From Chthoniobacteraceae bacterium (GTDB taxonomy: Bacteria > Verrucomicrobiota > Verrucomicrobiia > Chthoniobacterales > Chthoniobacteraceae): DNA of 64,000 nucleotides. Below, in pieces: positions 46,752 through 56,232 of the stretch (position 1 is its first letter; each line of letters starts with the position of its first letter). The notes beneath the pieces were generated by a model. It ran no database searches and was not told the origin of the DNA. It worked only from the letters and a program-made list of their open reading frames with translations. The position numbers and the translations under genes are program-made. The stretch covers positions 1-64,000 of the forward strand of contig JBBCKI010000071.1 in the NCBI GenBank assembly GCA_037190965.1. Reading direction: 5' to 3'.

Positions 46752-47111
46752 ATGGAACCTTATCTCCGAGCCCGAGTCATCGCCGAATGGCGGGGTGCCC
46801 CCGAACCGGCGGTTCGCCCCGACCGGATGATCTCCGTCGCCGACGGGATCACCAAGCTTATGGGGTCTTTGGGGCTGGGGGAACGGCTTCGGGAGGAGGA
46901 GGTGCTTGGGGCGTGGGGTGAGATCGTCGGCGAGTTCATCGCTTCTCATTCCCGGCCTTTCAAGTTGCATGCAGGCGTCCTTCAGGTTCAGGTGCTTCAA
47001 TCGACGATGCACTACGAACTCGACCGGGTCTGGAAGGTCAAAATTCTCGAGAAGTTGAAGCAACGCTTCGGGCCGAAGGCGGTTCGGGAGATCCGTTTTC
47101 GCGTCGGGTAA
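46752..47111 (+). CDS. DUF721/DciA family protein
   Basis: W.EIVG..IASHSRP, GVLQVQV, IRFRVG. Confidence 0.85.
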   Translation: MEPYLRARVIAEWRGAPEPAVRPDRMISVADGITKLMGSLGLGERLREEEVLGAWGEIVGEFIASHSRPFKLHAGVLQVQVLQSTMHYELDRVWKVKILEKLKQRFGPKAVREIRFRVG

Positions 47112-47126
47112 GAGACCACTTTTTTC

Positions 47127-47495
47127 ATGGCTAGAAACCGCATCCCTGATCAGATCGAAATCCGCAACCTGGAAGTGTTCAGCCGTATCGGCGTTCCCGA
47201 GGAGGAGCGGCGCGAATCACAGCGGTTGACCGTTTCCCTGGTGTTTGAGCCCAGCCGCTCCTTCGAGGGACTTGAGGACCGAATCGAAAACACGGTCGAC
47301 TATGCGGCGGTGTGCGAGGCTGTCAAAAAGGTGGCCGCGGCGCGGCCTCGAAAGCTCGTTGAAACGCTGGCGGAAGAGTTGGCAGCCCATCTGCTGGCGC
47401 AGTTTTCCATCTGGCGGCTTTCCGTGGAAATTCGCAAATTCATTCTGCCCGAGACGGAATACGTCGCCGTCCGCATTGAACGTCCTCTCCCGTAG
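47127..47495 (+). CDS. folB: Dihydroneopterin aldolase
   Basis: IGVPEEER..SQ, TVDY, LVETLAEELA, VEIRK. Confidence 0.93.
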   Translation: MARNRIPDQIEIRNLEVFSRIGVPEEERRESQRLTVSLVFEPSRSFEGLEDRIENTVDYAAVCEAVKKVAAARPRKLVETLAEELAAHLLAQFSIWRLSVEIRKFILPETEYVAVRIERPLP

Positions 47496-47506
47496 TTCCC
47501 TCTCCC

Positions 47507-48616
47507 ATGAAAACTCGTGCCCGTCTTATCGTCGCCGACAGTGAGCGTGATCCCGATCTGCTTTACGCCACTCGTTTTTTCGCCCCGGACGCCTTTGTCT
47601 ACCTGGAGAAGGAGGGCCGAAAACTGGTTATGCTCAACGATCTGGAGATCGACCGGGGACGAGTTCAGGCCCAGGTGGACGAGGTGGTCGCCTACAGCGA
47701 CGTGGCCAAACGCGCGGGAAAGGCGGCGTCGTTTTCCGATGTAGTCTTGCGGCTTCTCAAGGAACAGCGTGTCCGGAGCGTCAATGTGCCCTCGTCTTTT
47801 CCGCTGGGGCTGGCTACCAAGCTGACCGAAGGCGGCCTCGGGCTTTACCCACAGGAAGGACTTTTCTTTCCCGAGCGCGAATTCAAGACACCGGAGGAGC
47901 TTCGCGCGCTGCGCCGGGCCCTGGCGATTACGGAGGCGGGAATGGCCCGTGGCATGGAGGTGTTGTCGGCTTCAAAGATCGGCGCGGGAAAACGGCTCAC
48001 CTGGGCCGGAAAGCAGCTCACCTCGGAACGGCTCCGCGCGGAGATCGATTCGGCGATTCTTCACGCGGGCGGGCTCCCCGCCAATACGATCGTGGCGGGA
48101 GGCGATCAGGCGTGCGATCCGCACGAGCGCGGCCACGGTCCGCTGAAGGGAGATTCGTTGATCATCCTCGATATTTTCCCGCGTGATGCCCGTAGCGGCT
48201 ACTTTGGCGACATGACCCGCACGGTCGTTCGGGGCAAGGCGAGCGACGCTCAGCGACAGCTCTGGGAGACGGTGCTCGCCGGGCAACAATTGGCCCTCAA
48301 GGCAATGAAGCCGGGCGTGGACGGGCGTAAGGTCCACGATGGCGTCACCCAATTTTTTACGGAGCGAGGCTATCCGACGGGCCAGAAGGAGGGGCGTTGG
48401 ACCGGGTTTTTTCACGGCACGGGTCACGGCCTCGGGCTGGAGATCCACGAAGCGCCGCGTTTCGGAGCCACCCGTTTCAAGCCCGGTCAGGTGCTGACGG
48501 TCGAGCCGGGGTTGTATTTCCCGGGGCTGGGCGGCGTGCGGATCGAGGACGTGGCCGTGGTGACGGAAACGGGGAACCGGCTGCTGAGCCGGTTTGAGAA
48601 GCGGCTGGAGGTTTAA
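47507..48616 (+). CDS. M24 family Xaa-Pro peptidase
   Basis: [39 protein letters not shown]. Confidence 0.93.
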   Translation: MKTRARLIVADSERDPDLLYATRFFAPDAFVYLEKEGRKLVMLNDLEIDRGRVQAQVDEVVAYSDVAKRAGKAASFSDVVLRLLKEQRVRSVNVPSSFPLGLATKLTEGGLGLYPQEGLFFPEREFKTPEELRALRRALAITEAGMARGMEVLSASKIGAGKRLTWAGKQLTSERLRAEIDSAILHAGGLPANTIVAGGDQACDPHERGHGPLKGDSLIILDIFPRDARSGYFGDMTRTVVRGKASDAQRQLWETVLAGQQLALKAMKPGVDGRKVHDGVTQFFTERGYPTGQKEGRWTGFFHGTGHGLGLEIHEAPRFGATRFKPGQVLTVEPGLYFPGLGGVRIEDVAVVTETGNRLLSRFEKRLEV

Positions 48617-48643
48617 GGATGATTTGAATCGGCGGTCCTGATA

Positions 48644-48727
48644 CGGCGTCGCGGAGCTCCGCCCTCCGTGAAGGAGTAGCCTACGTCGCGCATCCTTTAT
48701 TACGGAGGGCGGAGCTCCGCGACGCCG
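48644..48727. repeat. CGTC-type REP doublet family B, copy 2
   Basis: Perfect 26-bp inverted repeat CGGCGTCGCGGAGCTCCGCCCTCCGT between convergent genes. Confidence 0.9.
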
Positions 48728-48762
48728 CGATAGCCCCTTCAATCTGAAGGCTCTCTCTATAT

Positions 48763-50160
48763 CTACAACAGCGTCCCTTTCAGGATAAACCCGGCGATCG
48801 TGAAGTAGATGACCAGGCCGGTAACGTCGACCAGCGTTGCCACGAACGGGGCGGAAGAGGTTGCGGGGTCGAGGCCGCAGCGCCGGAGGATGAACGGGAG
48901 CATTGAACCGGCAAAAGTTCCCCAGAGCACGATCCCCAGCAGCGTCAGGCCGACCGTAAAGGCGATCAGCGCCCAGTGTTCCCCATAGCGCGTCGCTCCG
49001 GTAAACTCGATGGCGGCCAGCGAGGTGAGGATGATTCGCATCGCCCCAAGCCCGCCAAGCAGGAGGCCCAACAGGAAGCCGGCGGTGAGTTCCCGGCGCA
49101 TGACTCGCCACCAGTCGCGAAGGCGGACTTCGCCGACGGCCATGGCGCGAATGATCAGGGTGGAGGCCTGCGAGCCCGAGTTGCCACCGCTGGAGATGAT
49201 CAAGGGGATGAAAACGGAGAGCAGGACGGCCTTTTCGAGCGCGTGCTCGTAAAAAATCATCGCCGAGGTGGTCATCATTTCGCCAAGGAAAAGAACCACC
49301 AGCCAGGGTCCCCGCTTTCTCAGCAATCGCCCCATGGACACCGACATATAGGGCTCGTCGAGAGCCTCCATACCGCCGATTTTCTGAATTTCGCGTGTGG
49401 CTTCTTCTTCCGCTACGTCGAGAACGTCGTCGACGGTGACAATGCCGACCAGCACTCCGGCGCCGTCGACTACGGGGAGTGTGCTTCGGTCGTACTTTTT
49501 GAAGACTTCCACCGCTTCGGTCTGCGGATCGGTGACTGTCAGGGCGACGAAATTGGAGTCGCGGATTTCCGAAATCCTGACATCGAGCGGCCGGATCAGG
49601 AGTTCGCGAATGCGGATGTCATCGACTAGGTAACCCCGTTCGTCCACGACGTAGAGTACGTTGAGCGTTTCGGAGTCTTTGCCGTGGATGCGAATGTAGT
49701 CGAGGGCTTCCTTGAGGGTCCACTCATCCCGGACGGCGAGAAAATCGGGCGTCATCAAACGGCCGACGCTGTCTTCCGGGTAGTTGAGGAGCGTCTGTGC
49801 GACGGCTCGTTCATCCGGCGTGAGAAGGCGCAGGAGCTGGGTGACGACGTTGCTCGGCAGTTCCTCCAGAAGCGCGGTTCGATCGTCCGGCGACATCTCG
49901 TTGAGCACGGCGACCGCCTCTTCGTGGGCCATGGCCCGGAGAAGATGCTGCTGGTTGTCCAAGTCGAGGTACTCGAAAACATCCGTCGCCAGCGCGTGGG
50001 GCAGGAGGCGGAAGACGATCACGCGGTCGCCTTCGGGGAGATCGCCGATCAGATCGGCAATATCGGCGGGCTGCCAATCATCCAGAAATGTCCGCAAATC
50101 GCCAAACTGTCGTTCGGCAATCATTTCGCGGATTTCAGGTAGGAAGAGATTGCCCAGCAT
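48763..50160 (-). CDS. mgtE: Magnesium transporter MgtE
   Basis: CBS pair, GGNSGSQ, DPATSSAPFVATLVDVTG. Confidence 0.96.
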   Translation of the reverse strand: MLGNLFLPEIREMIAERQFGDLRTFLDDWQPADIADLIGDLPEGDRVIVFRLLPHALATDVFEYLDLDNQQHLLRAMAHEEAVAVLNEMSPDDRTALLEELPSNVVTQLLRLLTPDERAVAQTLLNYPEDSVGRLMTPDFLAVRDEWTLKEALDYIRIHGKDSETLNVLYVVDERGYLVDDIRIRELLIRPLDVRISEIRDSNFVALTVTDPQTEAVEVFKKYDRSTLPVVDGAGVLVGIVTVDDVLDVAEEEATREIQKIGGMEALDEPYMSVSMGRLLRKRGPWLVVLFLGEMMTTSAMIFYEHALEKAVLLSVFIPLIISSGGNSGSQASTLIIRAMAVGEVRLRDWWRVMRRELTAGFLLGLLLGGLGAMRIILTSLAAIEFTGATRYGEHWALIAFTVGLTLLGIVLWGTFAGSMLPFILRRCGLDPATSSAPFVATLVDVTGLVIYFTIAGFILKGTLL

Positions 50161-50330
50161 GCGTCAAATCGAGAAGGTTTTCGGAGCGCATGAAGTTAGG
50201 GCGAGGCTGCTCCAGCCGCCAGCGAAATCACCCGGATTCGCGCTTTTGCAGAGGGACAGGATTTCCCTCAGGTTTCCCCCGGTGAAAGAACGGTTGCGCG
50301 CGCCCGTCACTCACCGCTAGACTCCGGTTC

Positions 50331-51365
50331 ATGCTTGATTTTGCCAAACGGATTTCCGCGTCAGCGGCGACGCGAGAGAGGTTCGCGGAGGCTTACCGCT
50401 GGATGCTCCTCGCGCGAGTCATGGAGGAGAAGCTGGCGAGTCTCTATCGGGGCGGGAAGATTACGGGCGGCGTTTTTCTGGGCAAAGGACAGGAGGCGTT
50501 GAGCGTTTCGCTCGGGATATCGCTGCAAAAGGGCGATCTCTTTGCGCCGTTGATCCGCGATCAGGCCGGCCGCCTCGCGTTCGGCGAACCGATTCTCGAC
50601 GGCATCCGGACATACCTCGGCTCACGGCTGGGGCCGATGCGCGGGCGCGACGGCAACGTGCATCGAGGCCGCCCCAAAGAAGGGCTCTTCCCGATGATCA
50701 GCCATCTCGGGTCGATGATTTCCGTCGTCTGTGGGGCATTGATGGCGCGGCGATTCAAGGGCGAGACCGGGATGGTCGGTGCCACCTGTCTCGGCGAGGG
50801 CGGAACTTCCACGGGAGCTTTTCACGAGGCGATGAATCTCGCGGCCATTGAGCGGCTGCCGCTGGTGATGATTGTCGCCAACAATCAATACGCTTACTCC
50901 ACCCCTAATTCCCGCCAGTTTGTCTGCGAGGACCTCTCGACGCGCGCCGCGGGGTACGGCATTGCGGGGCACACGGTGGATGGAACCGATCTCGACGCCT
51001 GCCTTTCGGTCGTGGGGAATGCGGTGGAACGCGCCCGCCGTGGCGAAGGGCCGCAGCTTGTCGTTGCCAATCTGCTGCGGCTCGCGGGGCACGGGGAGCA
51101 TGATGACGCCGGGTATATCGACCCCGCGTTGAAAGCCTCGCCGCTGGGGCGCGACTGCCTGAAGGTAGCCGAAGAAGCGCTCATTGCCCGCGAATGGGTA
51201 TCCGCCAGTGAGCTTGCCTGCTGGCGCGAAGAGGCGTTGAGGCAGGTTGAAGAGGCCATTGCCACGGCGCAACGCGAGCCCGCGCCGGACCCGAACATGG
51301 AAAAATGGTGCGCTCTCGCAACATCGCGGCTTGCCGACAGTTACGCCGTCGAGCAGGCTCCCTGA
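50331..51365 (+). CDS. 2-oxoacid dehydrogenase E1 alpha subunit
   Basis: GQEA, GEGGTSTGAFHEAMN...NNQYA (TPP motif), RLAGHGEHD. Confidence 0.92.
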   Translation: MLDFAKRISASAATRERFAEAYRWMLLARVMEEKLASLYRGGKITGGVFLGKGQEALSVSLGISLQKGDLFAPLIRDQAGRLAFGEPILDGIRTYLGSRLGPMRGRDGNVHRGRPKEGLFPMISHLGSMISVVCGALMARRFKGETGMVGATCLGEGGTSTGAFHEAMNLAAIERLPLVMIVANNQYAYSTPNSRQFVCEDLSTRAAGYGIAGHTVDGTDLDACLSVVGNAVERARRGEGPQLVVANLLRLAGHGEHDDAGYIDPALKASPLGRDCLKVAEEALIAREWVSASELACWREEALRQVEEAIATAQREPAPDPNMEKWCALATSRLADSYAVEQAP

Positions 51366-51417
51366 AATTCCTGCTGATGAAGACCAAGGGAACCAAGGGT
51401 ATAGAAGCCCGCGTGAC

Positions 51418-52380
51418 ATGATTACCTACCTCGAAGCCATTCGCGAAGCCCAGGCCAAAGCTCTTGCGGACGATCCGCGCGTCTTTATTTACGGCCAGGA
51501 TGTCGGCAGTTTTGGGGGCGCGTTCAAGGCCACCAAGAATCTGGCCAAAGAGTACCCGGGGCGGGTGCTCGATGCCCCGATCAGCGAGGATGCCATCCTT
51601 GGGGCCGCGGTCGGCGCGGCCATCGGCGGGATGCGTCCGATCATCGAGATGCAGTATGCCGATTTTTCCACGGTCGGGTTCAACCAGGTGGTCAATCAGG
51701 CGGCGACTCTTTATTGGCGCACCGAGACGTGCTGTCCGATCACCGTCCGGCTCCCGAGCGGCGGCACTGCCGGCTCGGGGCCCTTCCACAGCCAGAGTAT
51801 GGAGGGGCTTTACGCCATGTATCCGGGGCTGGTGGTGATGACTCCCGCCACCGTGGAGGACGCCTACTCGATGTTGCTGGAGGCGGTTGCCATCGACGAT
51901 CCGGTGATCTTCTGCGAACACAAATACCTCTACTATCACCTGAAGGCCGAGGGTCTGCCGACTGAGGCGCTTCCCGTCGGTAAGGCGCGCATCGCCCGCA
52001 TGGGCCGCGACGCCACGGTGGTGACCTACAGCGCGATGGTCCACGAATGCCTCGCCATGGCCGAAGAGCTTGCCACCGAGGGCTATGAGGTGGAGGTTGT
52101 CGATCTCCGCTCCGTTAGACCGCTCGATACCGATACCGTGCTTGCCAGTGTGGCGCGTACGGGGAGGTTGCTTGCGGTTGGGGAGGCGTGGCCGTGGGGT
52201 GGAGTGACCGCCGAGGTGGTGGCCCGTGTGGCCAGCGAGGGGTTTGCTCTTCTCGACGCGCCGCCCCGGAGGCTCAACGCCAAGGACACGCCGATTCCGT
52301 ATCACCCGAATCTTTGGGGGACGCACCGTCCCACCGCGCAGACGATTGCCCGTTCCATGCGGGAATTGCTTCGTCTCTGA
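51418..52380 (+). CDS. 2-oxoacid dehydrogenase E1 beta subunit
   Basis: MITYLEAI, GQDV..FGG.F, DAPISE, GPFHSQ, DLRSVRPLD. Confidence 0.93.
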   Translation: MITYLEAIREAQAKALADDPRVFIYGQDVGSFGGAFKATKNLAKEYPGRVLDAPISEDAILGAAVGAAIGGMRPIIEMQYADFSTVGFNQVVNQAATLYWRTETCCPITVRLPSGGTAGSGPFHSQSMEGLYAMYPGLVVMTPATVEDAYSMLLEAVAIDDPVIFCEHKYLYYHLKAEGLPTEALPVGKARIARMGRDATVVTYSAMVHECLAMAEELATEGYEVEVVDLRSVRPLDTDTVLASVARTGRLLAVGEAWPWGGVTAEVVARVASEGFALLDAPPRRLNAKDTPIPYHPNLWGTHRPTAQTIARSMRELLRL

Positions 52381-52422
52381 TCTTCAAGCCCGCGATGAAC
52401 TGACCGTAACTTCCAAAAACCG

Positions 52423-53646
52423 ATGCCGCAGATTCCGATTATCATGCCCCAGCTCGGCGAGTCCATTGCCGAGGCCGCCATCGTTAATATTGCCGTGCAG
52501 ATTGGCGATTGCGTGGAAGCCGACCAGGACGTCATTGAGGTGGAAACCAACAAGGCCGTCATGAGCGTGACGACGCCTTGCCCGGGCCGCGTATCCCGCC
52601 TGATCGCCGAGCCGGGCCGGAGCTATCCCGTCGGGGCGGTGCTTGGCTACCTGGAAGCTTCCGAGGAAGATGCCGTTCGCCTTGGGCTTGACGCCCCTGC
52701 GCCCGCGCCCGAGAGCCGCGACTTCAACGACGAACGGGGGGCCATCGACGAAACTTCCGGCAAAGCCAACTCGCCTCACCCCGGCTCCCAAGCCGTGCAG
52801 CCGACCGTGCGTGGCCTGCCCGTGCCCGCTTACGCCTCGGGGGCCAGCTATATGTCGCCCCGCATGAAGGCGCGCATGAATGAGTTGGGGCTGCATGCCG
52901 CGGATCTTGCAGGGATCGCCGGGAGCGGCGCGGCGGGTCGCGTGACCATCGACGATTTCGAAAAGTTCCTGGCATCGCTCGAGCATCTTCAGATTACCCC
53001 GGCTTCGAGCATGCGCGTGGCGGTTGCCGACGCCATGCGGCGGAGTTGGACGCGCCCCATCGCGAGTGTCGGGATGGAAGTGGGGCTCGACGCCCTTCTT
53101 TCCCATCGCAAACAGGCCAACCCGAAGCCCGGCCCCGCGCTTTATGCGCTGCGGGCCCTCGGGATCGCGCTTTCGGAGAATAGCGCTCCGGCGGGACGGC
53201 TCGTGGGCGACAGGATTGTTCACCCGGCATCGATCGACATCGGGTTTGCCGTGGAAGCCGAGGACGGCGTGCTCGTCCCCGTGCTCCGCGCGGTTAACAG
53301 TACTCCGTTTACCGAGTTGGTCGTGCGTTACAACGAACTGGTGGAACTCGCCCGCCAGCGGCGGCTTCCGGCGAGCGCGACCGGCGGTTCGATTGCCACG
53401 GTGACGAACTTCGGCACCTTCGGTCTGACCTGGGCGACGCCGATCCCGCTCCCCGAGCAGACGCTGGTGCTGGGGCTCGGCGCAGGACGCCTGGTCCCGA
53501 GCTGGAACGCGCAGAAAGCGGCGTTTGAACCGGCGACGGAAGCGAACCTCACGCTAAGCTTCGACCACCGGGTGCTCGATGGCGGCGCGGCGGGACGGTT
53601 GCTGGTGCGCGTGGCGGCGTTGCTTGGGAAGCCTCAGGAACTCTGA
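52423..53646 (+). CDS. 2-oxoacid dehydrogenase E2 (dihydrolipoamide acyltransferase)
   Basis: MPQLGESI, lipoyl site VETNKA, GSGAAGRVTIDD, LSFDHRVLDG. Confidence 0.92.
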   Translation: MPQIPIIMPQLGESIAEAAIVNIAVQIGDCVEADQDVIEVETNKAVMSVTTPCPGRVSRLIAEPGRSYPVGAVLGYLEASEEDAVRLGLDAPAPAPESRDFNDERGAIDETSGKANSPHPGSQAVQPTVRGLPVPAYASGASYMSPRMKARMNELGLHAADLAGIAGSGAAGRVTIDDFEKFLASLEHLQITPASSMRVAVADAMRRSWTRPIASVGMEVGLDALLSHRKQANPKPGPALYALRALGIALSENSAPAGRLVGDRIVHPASIDIGFAVEAEDGVLVPVLRAVNSTPFTELVVRYNELVELARQRRLPASATGGSIATVTNFGTFGLTWATPIPLPEQTLVLGLGAGRLVPSWNAQKAAFEPATEANLTLSFDHRVLDGGAAGRLLVRVAALLGKPQEL

Positions 53647-53748
53647 GGCTAAAACGGAACGACAGGATTTTAGAGTCCTTTTGATGTCATCCTCCTGAGC
53701 AAGTGGATGGTTTGAGGAGAAGGCCGAGGTGTGCGCCTTCGGCGTTCC

Positions 53749-53862
53749 CGGCGTCGCGGAGCTCCTCCCTCCGACAAGGGCGCTGCCGCGCCGGTTTTTT
53801 AGGCGCATTCTTCCGCGCGCGCTCGTCGCGCGGTTCAGGGAGGGCGGAGCTCTGCGACGCCG
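53749..53862. repeat. CGTC-type REP doublet family B, copy 3
   Basis: CGGCGTCGCGGAGCTCCTCCCTCC ... GGAGGGCGGAGCTCTGCGACGCCG; spacer similar to copy 1. Confidence 0.85.
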
Positions 53863-54004
53863 CACATGGCCGTAGGCCCTTGTTTTTTCTTCTCTCTTCC
53901 GCAACCCATCAATCTTGTTGCTGTCGAAAAATGTCGGCTTCCAACAAAAAACCGGTGGCAACGGAAATCCCATCGCACCGGTTTCGGTTCGATTGTTTGA
54001 TTCC

Positions 54005-56206
54005 TTACCGCAGGAACGCTTCGTGCAGGCCGCCGTCCACGGTGATGACTTGGCCGGTGGTTTTGCTGAGGCGTTTGCTGAGCAGCAGGAAGAACGCTTC
54101 CGCCTGATCCGCCGGGGTGATCGGCGATTTGGTCAGGGTGCGGTCGGCGTAGAACTGTGCCAGTTTTTGCGTGAGCGATTCCGTCGCTTCGTCGTCGGTG
54201 TAAGCGATCTTGTATTTCGCGAGGCTAGCGATGACGCGGTCGCGCGGGAACATGGCGCTCCCCTGCACCACGGTGGCCGGGGCGACGCCATTGACGCGGA
54301 CGAGGGGCGATAGCTCGATGGCCAGCTCGCGGACGAGGTGGTTGGCTGCGGCCTTGGAGACGTCGTAGGCGACGCTCCCCTTCTTGGCGACCACGGCGTT
54401 CGCGCTGGTGGTGAGCACCAGGTTGCCCGCGAGCCCCTGTTCTTTCCAGAGGGCGAACGCTTCGTCGGCGACGAAGTAGCTCCCCGTGACGTTGATGGCG
54501 AACGTCAGGCCCCATTTTTCGTCGGGGATGTACCCCTTCGTGTCCGGCGGGACGAAAATGCCTGCCGTGACGGCGATGGAGTCGAAGCCGCCATAGGCCA
54601 GGGCGACCTGCGAGAGCATCGCGCGGATGCTTTCGCGGTCGGTAATGTTCGCGCTCAGGCCGATGGCCGGGCCGCAGTTGGAAATTCCGCATCCGGCCAC
54701 GCCGATGCCGACGCCGAACTTGTTGGTGATTTCTTTGGCGGTCGCCTCGGCTGCCGCCTGATTCATGTCAACGCAGACGACATGCGCGCCTTCTTTTGCG
54801 ATCCGGTGTGCCACTTCGCGGCCGATGCCGCTGCCTGCTCCGATGACGGCGATGACCTGACGGGCCAGTTCCTTCTCCGCGGGCATCCGCTTGAGTTTCG
54901 CTTCTTCCAGCAGCCAGTATTCGATATCGAAGGCTTCCTGCTGCGGCAGGGCGATATATTCGTCGATCGCCTCCGCGCCGCGCATCACTTCTACGGCGCA
55001 GTTGTAGAACTCCGCCGTCACGCGGGATTCGGATTTGTCCTTGCCCCACGCGATCATACCGAGGCCGGGGATGAGGATCACCGTCGGGTTCGGGTCGCGC
55101 ATCGCGGGCGAGTTCGCGTGCTTGCAGCGGTTGTAATAAGCGGCGTAATCGTCGCGGTAGGCGGCGAGGGCAACGGCGAGCTTCGTCTTGAGCGCGCCGA
55201 GGTCTTCGCCCTGCGGATTCCAGTCGACGTAGAGCGGCTTGATCTTGGTGCGCAGGAAGTGATCCGGGCAGCTCGTGCCGAGTTCGGCGAGCCGCGCGGC
55301 GTCGTTGGAATTGACGAAGCGGAGGATCTTCTCGTCGTCCTGCACGGTGCCGATAAAACGCTTCTGCTGCGAGACCTGGCCGCGCAGCCACGGGAGGATC
55401 GCCGCGAAGGTGGCATTGCGTTGAGCGGCATCGAGGGTCTGGTATTTCGCGCCGCCGAAAACGGTGCGGTCGCCCCCTTTGGCTTCGTAGCGGGCTTCGA
55501 TATAGGTAGCGGCTTTTTCGATCAGTTCGAGCGTGCGGGTGTAGCACGCCTTGTCGTCGTCATCCCACGAGATGAAGCCGTGCTGACCCATCATGATGGC
55601 TTTGACGGTTTTGTCGTTGGGCGCTTGCTTCTCGATCTCCTGCATGGCGAGCCCGAGTTCGAAGCCGGGGCGCATCCAGGGAACGTAGGCCATCTCGCCG
55701 CCGAAAATCTCCTGCGTCAACGCTTCGCAACGGCGGCTCGCCGCGATGGCGATGACCGCGTTTGGGTGCATATGGTCCACGTGCTTGCCGGAGAGGAAGC
55801 TATGGAGCGGCGTGTCGATGGAGGAGGCGCGCGGGTTCAGGTTGAAGGTGGCGTGCGTGTAGTAGCCGACCATGTCGTCTTCCGCCTGGGACTTGAGCCC
55901 GGTGTCTTCGCGCTTTGCGTAGAGGCACTGGAGGGCGATGAGTTTCTCCTGGTAGAGCGAAGAGAAATTCTCGCGCGTGCTGGTGCGGAGGTCGCCGCCG
56001 GAGCCTTTCACCCAGAGGACTTCCACGGGCTCGCCGGTGAGCGGGTCGTTCTCAATGAGCTTGGAGGAGGTGTTGCCGCCGCCGGTGTTGGTGATGCGCT
56101 GGTCGCTGCCGAGCAGGTTGGAACGGTAGACGAGCCGGGCAACCGGATCGAGGGCCGAGGCAGCGGCGTCGTCCCAAAGGAAGTTGACGTGTTTGAATGA
56201 TGACAT
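54005..56206 (-). CDS. rhaD: Bifunctional rhamnulose-1-phosphate aldolase / short-chain dehydrogenase (RhaEW-type)
   Basis: YRSNLLG, GGGNTSSK, SIDTPLH, HMHP, CPDHFLRTKI, EYWLLEEAKL, GAGSGIG SDR domain. Confidence 0.92.
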   Translation of the reverse strand: MSSFKHVNFLWDDAAASALDPVARLVYRSNLLGSDQRITNTGGGNTSSKLIENDPLTGEPVEVLWVKGSGGDLRTSTRENFSSLYQEKLIALQCLYAKREDTGLKSQAEDDMVGYYTHATFNLNPRASSIDTPLHSFLSGKHVDHMHPNAVIAIAASRRCEALTQEIFGGEMAYVPWMRPGFELGLAMQEIEKQAPNDKTVKAIMMGQHGFISWDDDDKACYTRTLELIEKAATYIEARYEAKGGDRTVFGGAKYQTLDAAQRNATFAAILPWLRGQVSQQKRFIGTVQDDEKILRFVNSNDAARLAELGTSCPDHFLRTKIKPLYVDWNPQGEDLGALKTKLAVALAAYRDDYAAYYNRCKHANSPAMRDPNPTVILIPGLGMIAWGKDKSESRVTAEFYNCAVEVMRGAEAIDEYIALPQQEAFDIEYWLLEEAKLKRMPAEKELARQVIAVIGAGSGIGREVAHRIAKEGAHVVCVDMNQAAAEATAKEITNKFGVGIGVAGCGISNCGPAIGLSANITDRESIRAMLSQVALAYGGFDSIAVTAGIFVPPDTKGYIPDEKWGLTFAINVTGSYFVADEAFALWKEQGLAGNLVLTTSANAVVAKKGSVAYDVSKAAANHLVRELAIELSPLVRVNGVAPATVVQGSAMFPRDRVIASLAKYKIAYTDDEATESLTQKLAQFYADRTLTKSPITPADQAEAFFLLLSKRLSKTTGQVITVDGGLHEAFLR

Positions 56207-56232
56207 AGGGATCAGGAAAAGTGGCCGGGCGA

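Noticed and set aside
50161..50330. Mg-sensing riboswitch upstream of mgtE
   Set aside because: No recognisable M-box features or terminator in the short divergent spacer
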